Counted from the first letter of the stretch, positions 1 to 11,054 are shown. The stretch: 64,000 nucleotides of DNA from an uncultured Patescibacteria group bacterium (GCA_937921305.1 CAKZSU010000006.1:70646-134645); one strand, 5' to 3'. Numbers and translations: made by a program. Notes: generated by a model from the sequence alone, not told the origin.

Positions 1-58
1 GCTTGATTTCCTGTATTCTTTGGACTCGTTGCATTTGGTATAAGTATATTCATTGTTT

Positions 59-961
59 TCATAACACTTTTTTTGTTGTTACAGAAATATCCCACTGATG
101 AATGTCCACCTCTCTCCTATACGCTATCCAAACGAAGATCATAATTATGAAGTAAGACATAAACGCTATTGGTTTTTTGAACGCATAGAAAAACAAAAAC
201 TGAAAGAAAATCATCGGCTGGATATGATACACATTGGAAATGCTATCTTTAGAAAAATATCGAATCAATGCATCTCTTCCCTGAATAAATCGCAAGCTTT
301 GCCTTGCATGCTCCTCGATGGTTTGCGGAGATCGAAAATATACCCGAGCTGATTCGACAAACACAAATCGCAATCCTAATTCGTAGCATCTAAGAAATGA
401 ATACGCGTCCTCTGGACAATAATTTGGCCATACAATATTTCTATACATTTTTTTTGAAAATGCGCGAACCCGTCCATGGCAAAGATAAATCGTTTCACCA
501 CCATTAACATGACGGAAAAATGTTTGTTTCCATTTGTGATTTTCCGACAGCGACCATTCGATGCTATTCTTTGGCGGCATCGGCAAAGGATCTCCTCCGA
601 CAATACCGATGGATTGATCATGCATCAAAGGATTAACAATTCGGTCCAAAAAATCATCATCGGCAGGAAGCACATCAGCATTTACAAGAATAAGCGCATC
701 TCCTTTCGCGCGAGAAACAATCTCATTCTGCGTTACATTCATCCCATATCGATCTTTCCGATCAATTACATAAATTCTCGTGTCTTTCACAGATTTCGCC
801 TTCGCTACTGTTTCATCAGTGGAACCATCCGAAACAACAAGAATCTCACGAATCATGACATGATGTTGTTTTTGCCGCAATAAAGAATGAAGCAACAATT
901 GAATATTCGCTTCTTCATTATAGGCAGGTATACCAATAGAGACAGACCATCGTCTATTCAT
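59..961 (-). CDS. Glycosyltransferase family 2
   Basis: N-terminal 'IGIPAYNEE...VVSDGSTD' GT-A motif, a NAD (DxD-like) motif, 'PEDAY' and a C-terminal TM segment. Confidence 0.9.
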   Translation of the reverse strand: MNRRWSVSIGIPAYNEEANIQLLLHSLLRQKQHHVMIREILVVSDGSTDETVAKAKSVKDTRIYVIDRKDRYGMNVTQNEIVSRAKGDALILVNADVLPADDDFLDRIVNPLMHDQSIGIVGGDPLPMPPKNSIEWSLSENHKWKQTFFRHVNGGETIYLCHGRVRAFSKKMYRNIVWPNYCPEDAYSFLRCYELGLRFVFVESARVYFRSPQTIEEHARQSLRFIQGRDALIRYFSKDSISNVYHIQPMIFFQFLFFYAFKKPIAFMSYFIIMIFVWIAYRREVDIHQWDISVTTKKVL

Positions 962-2067
962 ATACTCTTTTCATAAACATCTATCGCGAATTGCTCATAC
1001 TCTTTAGCAACACGATTCCACGTAAAAGATTTTACAAACTCTCTTCCTTTCTCACTATATAGTTTTCTCAATGAAGCATCTCGAAGAAGCAATATCATTG
1101 CTTGCGCAAGATAATCTATATTATCAACAGAAACTTTTTTACATACCGATTTATCTATCCAAGAAAATCCTTTAATGTCAGAACATATGACTGGTTTCCC
1201 AAGTGCAAACGCTTCTAAGACAGCTATTCCAAATGTTTCAAAACGAGATGGAAATACGGCAAGCATCGCATTTTGAAGAAGTCTTATCTTTTCATTTCCT
1301 TCCTTTCTTCCTATCAATTCTACATAATTTTGCAACTGTAATTTATTTATCATCTGTTCAAGTTTTTGACGATCATAGGGAGTTCCTTCTCCAATAATTT
1401 TTAATCGAATCATAGAATATTTCTTAACAACAATCTTCCAAGCATCTATAAGCACATCTAATCCTTTTTGGAATACATCTATTCTTCCTAAAAAACACAC
1501 ATATGGATGTTCTGATGGTGAAATATGAAAATACCAGGATGGTACACCCTCTGGAATAACGCGGATCTCAGCATTCGTGTTTATGTGTTTAATTTTAGTT
1601 TTCAGAGCTGAGGATAAAGCAATAATATACCGATACCGTTTTAATCCAAACCGTTCAATATAGTGAAATGGCAGATGATATTTACAAGCAAATGATTCCG
1701 CATCTAAAACGGTTGTTACCCCAATAATAGGATTATTTGCAAATAATGGAAGAAAACTTGTGGAGTATGGTGGTATAAAATTTTCAAACCAAACATCAAA
1801 AGATAAACGCCTCAAAACACATAGAAAGCAAAGCGCAAAGGAGACCTGACTTACAATCGGTCCACCAAAGGACATCCCAATATGGACATATCGAACGCCA
1901 TCAAATATTCCATCTTTTGCTCCTTTATAATTCCCTGTTACCACCGTCACGTCGTGACGCTTGGAAAGAAATTTCGCGATTTCATGGGTTGCTGTTGCAC
2001 CTCCACCTGCATAATATGGATTTTTAATATCATCGTAATTTGAAATAACAATACGCAATTGCTTCAT
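958..2067 (-). CDS. Glycosyltransferase family 4 (GT-B)
   Basis: 'FLGRIDVFQKGLD' and 'PSRFETFGIAVLEAFALGKPVI' GT4 signatures. Confidence 0.9.
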   Translation of the reverse strand: MKQLRIVISNYDDIKNPYYAGGGATATHEIAKFLSKRHDVTVVTGNYKGAKDGIFDGVRYVHIGMSFGGPIVSQVSFALCFLCVLRRLSFDVWFENFIPPYSTSFLPLFANNPIIGVTTVLDAESFACKYHLPFHYIERFGLKRYRYIIALSSALKTKIKHINTNAEIRVIPEGVPSWYFHISPSEHPYVCFLGRIDVFQKGLDVLIDAWKIVVKKYSMIRLKIIGEGTPYDRQKLEQMINKLQLQNYVELIGRKEGNEKIRLLQNAMLAVFPSRFETFGIAVLEAFALGKPVICSDIKGFSWIDKSVCKKVSVDNIDYLAQAMILLLRDASLRKLYSEKGREFVKSFTWNRVAKEYEQFAIDVYEKSI

Positions 2068-3203
2068 AAGCTTATGCCCAATCCTTTCTCCAAAAATAGT
2101 GTAGCAATTGCCTCTGGTGTTCCAATTTCTTTATACCGTTTATACCCAGCATGAGCCAATCGTTCTCTTGTTTTTGGCGATCGAGCCAAGCGAAGAATCG
2201 CTTTCGCAAGCGATGTTGGATCTTCCGTCGGACACAAAAGGAGATCTGTATTATGTCTAAACAGAGAACGAATTATCGGTCTATCGGCGGTAATAAGCGG
2301 TTTTCTGCAAGCCAACGCGGCAAAGACTTTGTTTGGAATAACACGTTCAAACAACGGACTTTTTGAAAATACACCAAGAAGAACATCCGCCTTCTGAATA
2401 CGCTTTACTAATTCAACTTCAGGAAGAAAACCAACAAAACGAATATTTTGTAATTTTTCCTTTTTTGCAAAGGCGATCAAATCATCTTTTAAGTATCCGT
2501 CCCCAAGCATGGTAAATACAATATCTCTCTGATTTCGTAACATCTTGGCCGCTTCTAAGATAACTAGAGCGCCATGCATTGGATTATATAAACCAAAAAA
2601 TAGGACATCGATCTTCTCAGATGAACAACGTTTTCCATTGAATGGAAAATAGATTGCATCGTTTGCACCAAGAGGAACTGTGAACAATTTCTTTGGCGAC
2701 ACACGAAGTTCCTTGATAAGAAATTCTCTCATACCATCAGTATCAACAAATACTTTGTTTGGAAGCTTAAGAAGTAATGATTCAACATTTTTCACAAATC
2801 TAGCCTTGAATGAAGATTTATCAGCAATACCTCTCCCAATAAACATCGTGTCATAAAGAGAAAGGCTTGAATCAAACAATAATTGCTTACCAAATATCTT
2901 TGTTAAAAGACATGCAAAAGGAAGCTCTACGTGCCCAGGATGTAACACAATAACAGCATGAGACTTTGAAATCTTCCAAGATTGTAAAAGAAGACGAAAA
3001 AGAGAAAACGTTTTTCTTTGTAATCGATGAACTGTTTTCCAAAGCGTAAAATCTTCAGGAAGCTCCATTCGTTCATTAGGAATTTCCTCATGAATTTCAA
3101 TGATATGTGCTCCAAGGCGATGCAACCCCTCACGAAGAGTGCTTGTTCGAGCGTAGTGTTTGTTATACATGCCAAAAAAACAAATGGTTATATTAATTTT
3201 CAT
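2064..3203 (-). CDS. Glycosyltransferase family 4 (GT-B)
   Basis: 'FFGLYNPMHG', 'IPNKVFAALACRKPLIT'; overlaps both neighbours as in an operon. Confidence 0.85.
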   Translation of the reverse strand: MKINITICFFGMYNKHYARTSTLREGLHRLGAHIIEIHEEIPNERMELPEDFTLWKTVHRLQRKTFSLFRLLLQSWKISKSHAVIVLHPGHVELPFACLLTKIFGKQLLFDSSLSLYDTMFIGRGIADKSSFKARFVKNVESLLLKLPNKVFVDTDGMREFLIKELRVSPKKLFTVPLGANDAIYFPFNGKRCSSEKIDVLFFGLYNPMHGALVILEAAKMLRNQRDIVFTMLGDGYLKDDLIAFAKKEKLQNIRFVGFLPEVELVKRIQKADVLLGVFSKSPLFERVIPNKVFAALACRKPLITADRPIIRSLFRHNTDLLLCPTEDPTSLAKAILRLARSPKTRERLAHAGYKRYKEIGTPEAIATLFLEKGLGISL

Positions 3204-5716
3204 ACTGCTTCTACTTCAGAAAATGCTGGAGATCGTTTTGAAAAAGAAATAGTCGTGCTTTGTTCGTTCCTTGCTTGCTTCCATGAAGAAGATTCAGAAA
3301 TGACAGCATCTATATAGTTTAAGAATGCTGATGCTGTTTTATCCCAATCAAATTGTTTTGCCCATGCAAGACATAATTGCTCCATGTCTTTTCTATATTG
3401 CCTATTCGCAATAAGCTTAGAAATCGCTTTAGAAAATGCATCAATATCGCCATATGGAACAAGGACACCTGTCTTTCCATGAACAACAGAATCTCGAAGC
3501 CCAGGTACATTCGAAGCAACAACAGGAGTACCACACGCGTTTGCCTCAATTGTCGTAATACCCCACCCCTCCAGACGAGAGGGATGAACACATACCCACG
3601 CGCGTTGATACAAAGAAATTTTTTCTTCTTCTGAAACCTTTCCTCGAAACTCTATATAGGATGAGGCACGCAATCGATGAACGAGACTCAAAAGTCTTTT
3701 TTTATCGTCTCCATCACCAGCTATCACAAATTTCGCTGATAAATATCGACGATGAATACGTATCGCAGTTTTAATAAAAACATCAAGGGATTTGTATCGC
3801 TTTAACCGTCCAACATAAATAATTAATAGGTACTTTGATTTTTTTCCTGGTCTATATTTTACGCTATCTATTCCACTCGGGATTACTGTTATTCCTTTTC
3901 CGGTTATACCCCATTGAGTCATATCTTTTTTTGTAGAAGGAGAAACAGCAATAAATGGAATATCTTTGTATACCAATGGCATACATCGATTTTCTAAAAT
4001 CCTGGCAAGTAATGCGAACGGAGGAGATAAATGAGATCGAAACACTTCTTGATGCACATGATGGACAAGACAGATAATCTGCTCTTTTGCATACAATGGT
4101 GTGAAAAATGGAACACCGTTATGACAATCAATAATGACATCATATCTTCCTCGAAATTTCTTCAGGTAATACAAAAATGCCCAAAGGTAAACAAAATAAA
4201 ATCCCCCTCGACGAATCACCTCAATTCCATCAATATATTCATTTCTTGGAGAGATACTGTCATTGCCGCAAAAAATTGTAACAACGTGTCCATCATTCAC
4301 CCAACGCTTTGCTACTTCATGAATATATACCTCTGCTCCACCGGCATAAACATGTCGCATATCTCGCCAATTCATAATCAAAATACGTTTCTTTCCTTTC
4401 TTTACTTTCGCTTCTTTCTTTTTTGGAGAAAAAATATCTAAAAGATCAACAAGATTTCTTAAAATAAATCGCCCATTTCGCTGAAGAACATGAATCAGAG
4501 AAACAAGAAAAAAATGCATTGTGCTTACAAGAAACAATATCCTAACAATAGAAGCGATATTGCTGTGAAAAAATAAAACACCAAAAACAAAAACCAAAGA
4601 AGATAAGAAAGGAATGAAAGAAATAGAGTAATGATTCCTTGCAATATGATATAACACAATAAAAGATGAAATTGTATAAAGTGTAATCGCCAGCGCGTAC
4701 TCGATAAGATACGGCAACACAACAAAAACTTTATTGCCAAACAATAATAGCAACGTAAATTGCCCAAGTAAACCAATGATTAAAAATGCAAACACAGAGA
4801 GAAGAACAACAAACATAAGAAATCGATAAAATGTCTTTTGGGGGTCTCGCTCATTCGCAATATCTTGGGATACATATGTCAACACAAACCCATTCAACAA
4901 CGATCCAAAGAAGAAAATCATTTTTCCAACCAACGACAAAAACGCGTATTGACCGGCGGAAACAGGATCTAAATAATGCTTTGCAAGCATTACATCAAAC
5001 GAAAGAAATGTCGTGATTGACAGTCCGGAAATCAAAGATGTAAAAAACAACCTTTTCGAAAATCGATATGATACAACAGCGTTTTTCCTGCTTGTCAAAA
5101 CTCGATAAAAAAACATTAAAGACGCAATAAGAGCAATGCTAACGCTCAATGGAATTGCAACGTAAGTATATGTGTAGAAAGGAGAATTGCTAAATATAAT
5201 ACCCAACATTACCTTTACTAAAGATTCAAGCGCGATAAAAAATCCTGCAATGCCGAATGCCGAAACCCCGACAAAATAACCACGAATAGAAAACAAAAAC
5301 GATCCAAAGAAAAACGCAGGAGTAATATGCCACAAAACTAGTGGCGAGACATGAAAAAAATAGGAAAGGAATGGAACAAATATAATCCAAAGAAAAGAAA
5401 AGATACCTACAAATATGAATGTTCTTTTTAAGAGATGGTGCATAAATCCGCTTGAAGCTTGATTGCCTTCTCTCGTATGCAAAAACGCCACACGATGATT
5501 CACCGTCGTCGCCAACGCACCCAAAGGAATATTCATAAGATTCCATATCGTCACAACAAGCGTTACCAGACCAAAATCTTCAAACGAAAGGACTCTTCCT
5601 AAATACGCGTTAAACACAAAATTACAGAAATTTGCAAATAAGAGAGAGAAAATAAAAATACTACTATTAGAAATAAAAAATGAGTATAATGAACGAAAAC
5701 GCATATAGCATATCAA
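3200..5716 (-). CDS. Oligosaccharide flippase (Wzx/MOP-like) fused to a C-terminal GT4 domain
   Basis: About 12 TM helices ('LGRVLSFEDFG', 'DVMLAKHYL..AGQY') followed by GT4 motifs 'AGGAEVY', 'YVGRLKRYK', 'EGWGITTIEANACGTPVV'; real start probably ATG at 5704. Confidence 0.85.
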   Translation of the reverse strand: MICYMRFRSLYSFFISNSSIFIFSLLFANFCNFVFNAYLGRVLSFEDFGLVTLVVTIWNLMNIPLGALATTVNHRVAFLHTREGNQASSGFMHHLLKRTFIFVGIFSFLWIIFVPFLSYFFHVSPLVLWHITPAFFFGSFLFSIRGYFVGVSAFGIAGFFIALESLVKVMLGIIFSNSPFYTYTYVAIPLSVSIALIASLMFFYRVLTSRKNAVVSYRFSKRLFFTSLISGLSITTFLSFDVMLAKHYLDPVSAGQYAFLSLVGKMIFFFGSLLNGFVLTYVSQDIANERDPQKTFYRFLMFVVLLSVFAFLIIGLLGQFTLLLLFGNKVFVVLPYLIEYALAITLYTISSFIVLYHIARNHYSISFIPFLSSLVFVFGVLFFHSNIASIVRILFLVSTMHFFLVSLIHVLQRNGRFILRNLVDLLDIFSPKKKEAKVKKGKKRILIMNWRDMRHVYAGGAEVYIHEVAKRWVNDGHVVTIFCGNDSISPRNEYIDGIEVIRRGGFYFVYLWAFLYYLKKFRGRYDVIIDCHNGVPFFTPLYAKEQIICLVHHVHQEVFRSHLSPPFALLARILENRCMPLVYKDIPFIAVSPSTKKDMTQWGITGKGITVIPSGIDSVKYRPGKKSKYLLIIYVGRLKRYKSLDVFIKTAIRIHRRYLSAKFVIAGDGDDKKRLLSLVHRLRASSYIEFRGKVSEEEKISLYQRAWVCVHPSRLEGWGITTIEANACGTPVVASNVPGLRDSVVHGKTGVLVPYGDIDAFSKAISKLIANRQYRKDMEQLCLAWAKQFDWDKTASAFLNYIDAVISESSSWKQARNEQSTTISFSKRSPAFSEVEAV

Positions 5717-5752
5717 TTCAAATTGTTTGTAGTAAAAAACTATAAGTCTATT

Positions 5753-5799
5753 ATACTAACAAAAAAAACTGAAATAGTCAATTAATTCATTGAATTAAT
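5753..5799 (-). promoter_or_regulatory. Sigma70-type promoter (TTGACT-N17-TAGTAT) with an adjacent perfect inverted repeat ATTAATTCA-T-TGAATTAAT
   Basis: -35 at 5776-5781 and -10 at 5753-5758 on the minus strand upstream of the flippase-GT operon; IR at 5781-5799. Confidence 0.5.
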
Positions 5800-5924
5800 C
5801 GTATAAAATAAAAATTTTTAAGAGAAATCTTTAAAGACTAATAAGAATTTTAAGAGAATTTTAAGAATCATTAGAGTTTTTATATTGGGATTAATTTTTA
5901 ATTGAAATAAAAACTTCAGTTTTT

Positions 5925-7539
5925 ATTTCAATTATATTTTTTGTAAATTTCTACTTCATTATCTTGATATTTTTTTCAAAAAATATGTACATTACGATTA
6001 TCTTTCAGCGATTTTGTCGTTGAGTCCTCATTTCTTCCTTGCGTAATAAAAGATTTATACATAAAAATCCAATCTGCATATGTTTGAGGATTTTTAATGG
6101 ATTCAATCCAATAATGCTGAGTTCCTTCATGGATATATGTTTTATATGGAATCTTCATATAAAACATAACTGGTTCATGTTGCAAAGAACTTATCATTAT
6201 ATATCCAGAATCATAATTCTCTTGAAACCATTCTACGTATGGTTTGTTTTTCCAATGAAGTTCTGAATATCTTATCAAATCAAGATATCTTGGAAGATTG
6301 CATTGTAAATAAAGTAGATTTGTATTTGAAGCAATTATTTGAATAAACATTAATATAAAATTAATATTTTATTATATATACTTAATGCAGATAATATTCC
6401 TATAAGGAAAATAAAAAAATGGAATACATTTAATCCATATCGAATGTTATATTCTTTAAACATATAATTGTCGATATTAAAAATACTGATCAAATTCAAA
6501 TTTGGAGCTTTTAATGGAAAAACTCCTTTAAGAGAAAATGCGATGAATAAAAAAACACTAACTGGAAATAATAAAGCAAGCAAACTTATCTTCTGATTGA
6601 AATTTAATCTTTTTATATATAAAGCTACAAATTGCTAATATAATAATTATGTAAACAAATAATATTCCATTTATTTGAGCTACTACATTAAAATATTTAA
6701 TAAACGCAATATGCAAAGGTAAAATAATTTTCTCATTAAATCCTTCAATATGCTGTCTATTTTCATATTCAAGAGAAATGATGTTCGTTTTTCCCATGTA
6801 AACCTTCATCCAATAAAATGGATCTTTGAAAATGAGAAACTGATATGCAGACCAGGGAAAAATTCCTATTCCAGAAAGAAAGGTAAACAACACAAACATC
6901 CCTTCTACTTTATTAGAAGTAAATTTTTTTACTATTGAAATAAAAATAAACAAAAAATAGATGTTAAGAAAATAAAATAACCTTCATAACGAGTTAATGT
7001 TGAAAGAAAAACAAAAAAACCAAAAAAATAAGAATAAAAATTTATCTGTAAAAATCCAACTAATAAAATAATACATAGTTCCTAAAATAGTCATAATAAA
7101 AAACATCTCAGACATTGGTGCTGATTGTATATATAAAATATTAATGTTTAAAAGCAAAACTAATGCAGATAAGGAAGATGCTATTTTGTCTTTATATGAG
7201 AGATATGTCATTTTATAAGAAAACATTATTGAAATTAAAAAAGAGATATTTGATATCATCGTTCCTGATATTCCCGTATGCCAAATCTAATCATTCCATA
7301 TAAATGGAAAATTCAATATATGAGGCAAAGGCAACCATAAAGTTCCAATTTGTCCTAATCCTGGCATTAAATTATCAATTATCTTTCTTGCAATATTTAA
7401 TCTCGCTATAGCATCATAATAATACAATGTAAAATCTTTATTTAAAATAAATATATACTCGTTACAAAACTTACAACAGAGGAAAGTATTATAACTATCT
7501 TTAAATTAACTAAATTAATTACATTTATAATCTATTCAT
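5925..7539 (-). pseudogene. Decayed polytopic GT-C (ArnT/PMT-like) glycosyltransferase
   Basis: Minus strand reads 'YYYDAIARLNIARKIIDNLMPGLGQIGTLWLPLPHILNFPFIWND*IWHTGISGT' (in-frame TAG at 7287-7289), then fragments 6984-7259 ('LYIQSAPMSEMFF'), 6558-6953, 6350-6583 and 5976-6350; ends approximate. Confidence 0.7.
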
Positions 7540-7541
7540 GG

Positions 7542-8575
7542 TTATGAATTAGTTTTTTTAATTAAATATAAAATTTTATTTATAAGAGAATGACTGCTTT
7601 CAGTTTTTAAATCAAAAACATATTTCTGATAACCATATTCCTCAACAAAATCTTCGCATTTTCTTTCCTAATGAATAGGAATCAAGGGTATTTTTAAGAG
7701 ATAAGCAAAAACTAAAGAATGAAACCTCATTCCAATAAAAACATTACATAAACTCATTATTCCTATTACTTCTCTCGGATGATAATGTTTTTTAAAACAT
7801 GAACATATTTTTTATATCTAAGATTTTTAACAATATATTCTGCTAAGATATTATCTCTTTCCGTATTTTGTAATTTACCATGACAAAAAGGAATAATCAG
7901 AACATCTATCTTTTTTTATTAAGAAAATCAATTGCTTGTATAATATTCTTCTCTAAAGAATTGTCTTGTATTAAATGTTCAAACCTTTTATTGAAAAACC
8001 TATCAAGTAATTAGTTGAAAAGTTGATTTTCTCTTCTTTAAGAATTTCAAAAACTCGTTTTTTATTAACAGGAGTAAGATAGAAAGCTGGATCTTTTAAT
8101 AAAAAGACACATCTAAATTTTTCTAACAAGATTTAAACATTAATATGATGATAAATCTCTCAATGCTACTTTATCAGAAAAAATCATTGTTATATACAAA
8201 ATGAATCGTTCCAAAATACTAGCAGTAGGATATACTCCTATAAATTCATAAATAACTGTTTTTCCAATAATTTTATTAAAATAGAAAAAATTGGAATAAA
8301 TCTTGCTATAAGACCTGTATATGCACTAAAAATCCCACCACCCCAAATAACTATACTATCTACTAGTAAAAATTTTTATGAAAGAATATAGATTTAATTT
8401 AAGAGGCGTTGCTAACGAAAATTCATAAATGTCATCTAAGTAATTTCTGGCAAAAAACATATTGCTTATGATTAGGAAACTTCTTTTTATATCTAAGACT
8501 TAATACAAATAAAATTGCATCATCTCCTATATTTCTATTACCATAATTTCCTATAAATAATATAGATTTCTTCAT
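7542..8575 (-). pseudogene. Decayed polysaccharide pyruvyl transferase (CsaB/WcaK-like)
   Basis: Starts 'MKKSILFIGNYGNRNIGDDAIL', contains 'VIWGGGGIFS' and 'FIGMRFHSLVFAYLLKIP'; broken by many stops and frameshifts, so no ORF >=60 aa is called. Confidence 0.75.
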
Positions 8576-8593
8576 GAAAAAGAGAAATAAATT

Positions 8594-10855
8594 TTATAAA
8601 GAAGGAAGAATTTTTTTATTGGGAATAATTTTTATTTTTTTTGTACTCTCTCCAAGAGAATATTCTGAAATAAACTCTTTCACTTGAACGAATTCTTTTT
8701 TACTTCTCAAATGCAATCCGTGCTTTGTTTTTGCCCAATAATGTGGTTTAACGAGTATCTGATAAAGAGAAATCCATGATGCGATACTTATAAAAAGCCA
8801 ATAAACAGGAACAAAAAACGCATATTTAATAAGCTCATATTGCTCTCGCTTTGCACAACCAATCATGTAATAATACATATACAAAAAGTTTCCAAAAACT
8901 AAGGAAAATAATGCCATATAAAAAACTGGTGCAAGATATAATGATTCAATCGCTGAACCAACTACGGATCGAAGTAAAAAGTATAAAATTGTCATAAGCC
9001 ACATCAATGGATTGATAAATAATGAAAGAATTTTCCCGCCAACCACCAATTGAAAGGTAATCACATGAGGCTCATACCATCGATTTACAAAATCAAAAGG
9101 TTTTCGCATATGAACAAAATAGGTTTGAATATACCCTTTGATCCATCGACTTCGCTGATGAAACCAATTTTTAAGTTCGCTATTTGCTTCTTCATAGGTT
9201 GTTGACTCTATCATTGCGGTATAATACCCTTTTTTCGCTAGACGAATACCTAAGTCGCAGTCTTCTGTCACATTAAATGAATCCCAACCTTTCAACATTC
9301 GCAAATCTTTCGCGCGAAAATGATTTGATGTTCCACCAAGTGGAATTGGAGCGCGAATTGATTGAAGACCGGTGAGAACAAGATCAAACCATAAACTATA
9401 TTCTGCCGTAAATAATCGGGTTAGTATGTTTTGATGAGAATTGTAAAAGTTTAACTTTGCTTGAATACAAATCACACGCTTATTTAATTTTTTGAATGCC
9501 AAAACAGCTTTCTTTAATTGAAGCGGATCGGGAATATCTTCTGCATCATAAATCACAACATATTCACCATTTGCTTTTGTCAATCCATAATTAATCGCTT
9601 TTGGCTTAGTTTTAGGATAAGAATGAGGAACAATCACGATATTGAAATTCTTAGGAAGGTTCATTAACTTTGCATGTTTAATGGTTTCTTTGTCATCTTC
9701 TTCAAGAAGGAGCATCACTTGCAATTTATCATGAGGATATTCAAGTGCACTCATCGCTTTGATAAATTGAGGAAGCACATTCCATTCTTTATATAGAGGA
9801 CAAAAAATTGTATATCTTGGCCAATATTCATCAGGAATACGTCGAATCTCTTCTTCATTAATAACAATTTCGGGTGATTTTGCAAAACTTCGATAAATAA
9901 GAAAAAGATTGAAAAGAAAATCAAGGAAATAAACAGTCGTCAATAATCCAATAAAAATAATCAGTGTCATTTGAAGATTAAACATCAATCCTCCAATAAA
10001 AAAACCAAAGAGTAAAAATATAAAAAATGCTTGAATTGGGCTTATTCGATAAAACGCTGATTCATGATGGGGAAGCGTTGTATGATGGACATATTCTTTC
10101 CCTTGGAAATGAAAACCATGCCCTTTCTCTTCAATCATCTTTGGATGAAACGGAATTGGTTTTGGAGATTTCAATTTTAAACGAAAAGCTGAAATAGCCA
10201 TTTCGATACTAGAGAAGACAATATTGATTTTTGTTTTTCCAGCATGTCGAGACTCAAAGACAATATCAATCGTGTCTATTGAATATCCTCCATGAACAGC
10301 AGCAATTAATAACTCTAAATCTAACATCCACTTCGTCGGAGCGATATTGACTCGTTCAATAATCTCTTTCCGAAACATTTTAAGCCCTGATTGCACATCG
10401 CAATCGAATCCATGAAGCAATTTCCCAAAAATTACTTTGAATGTCTTACTTGCAATTCTTCTAATAAACGATGTGTGACGTTCTGTTCTATTTGCGACGA
10501 CAACATCGGCGCTTTTCTTTATTTTTTGATACATCTGTGGAAGCGCATCCGGCGGATACTGCAAATCGGCGTCAATCATCGCCACGATATCTGTTTTTGC
10601 GTATTGTGCTCCAGCAAGTAAAGATGTAGCTTTTCCTCTTGGAAGATCTTTCTTTTTTCTCAAAACTGTTAATGGATATTGTTTTGCTAAGTCAATAGCA
10701 AGAGGAACTGTATTATCTGTTGAATGATCATCGACAAGGATAATACTATATGAAATATGCGCTGATTGAAGAGCCTTATCTATTCGATCAAATAACACCG
10801 GCAAATTTTCCGCTTCATTGAACGCAGGAATAACGACAGTAAGCATTTTTTTCAT
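8594..10855 (-). CDS. Two-domain GT2: polyprenol-phosphate glycosyltransferase-like domain plus a processive membrane GT2 domain
   Basis: N-terminal 'VVIPAFNEAENL..VDDHSTD..IDADLQYPP'; C-terminal 'KTKPKAIN','YDAED','VTEDCDLG','QRSRW' (QxxRW) with TM helices. Confidence 0.85.
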   Translation of the reverse strand: MKKMLTVVIPAFNEAENLPVLFDRIDKALQSAHISYSIILVDDHSTDNTVPLAIDLAKQYPLTVLRKKKDLPRGKATSLLAGAQYAKTDIVAMIDADLQYPPDALPQMYQKIKKSADVVVANRTERHTSFIRRIASKTFKVIFGKLLHGFDCDVQSGLKMFRKEIIERVNIAPTKWMLDLELLIAAVHGGYSIDTIDIVFESRHAGKTKINIVFSSIEMAISAFRLKLKSPKPIPFHPKMIEEKGHGFHFQGKEYVHHTTLPHHESAFYRISPIQAFFIFLLFGFFIGGLMFNLQMTLIIFIGLLTTVYFLDFLFNLFLIYRSFAKSPEIVINEEEIRRIPDEYWPRYTIFCPLYKEWNVLPQFIKAMSALEYPHDKLQVMLLLEEDDKETIKHAKLMNLPKNFNIVIVPHSYPKTKPKAINYGLTKANGEYVVIYDAEDIPDPLQLKKAVLAFKKLNKRVICIQAKLNFYNSHQNILTRLFTAEYSLWFDLVLTGLQSIRAPIPLGGTSNHFRAKDLRMLKGWDSFNVTEDCDLGIRLAKKGYYTAMIESTTYEEANSELKNWFHQRSRWIKGYIQTYFVHMRKPFDFVNRWYEPHVITFQLVVGGKILSLFINPLMWLMTILYFLLRSVVGSAIESLYLAPVFYMALFSLVFGNFLYMYYYMIGCAKREQYELIKYAFFVPVYWLFISIASWISLYQILVKPHYWAKTKHGLHLRSKKEFVQVKEFISEYSLGESTKKIKIIPNKKILPSL

Positions 10856-10879
10856 AGCGTTTTTTCACTCGTTATTGTT

Positions 10880-11035
10880 TTAAAAGCCTATCAAAGTTAA
10901 GGGGTGTATTCGATAGTATCTTTCTATTTTAATAGAGCGAATTTTCTTTAGTCGTATATATTCATATATTGTAATAGGGTTCACTGCTAAAACAGAATCG
11001 ACTTTTTTAACAGTAAGAAATTCATCTGTATTCAT
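10880..11035 (-). CDS. Small excisionase-like (HTH_17/MerR-type) DNA-binding protein, 51 aa, not in the ORF track
   Basis: Manual translation MNTDEFLTVKKVDSVLAVNPITIYEYIRLKKIRSIKIERYYRIHPLTLIGF* matches the 'LTV.EVA..L.V...TIY.YI..GK..AIKIG..YRI' pattern. Confidence 0.65.
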   Translation of the reverse strand: MNTDEFLTVKKVDSVLAVNPITIYEYIRLKKIRSIKIERYYRIHPLTLIGF

Positions 11036-11054
11036 AAGTAATTTATATAGGCTT

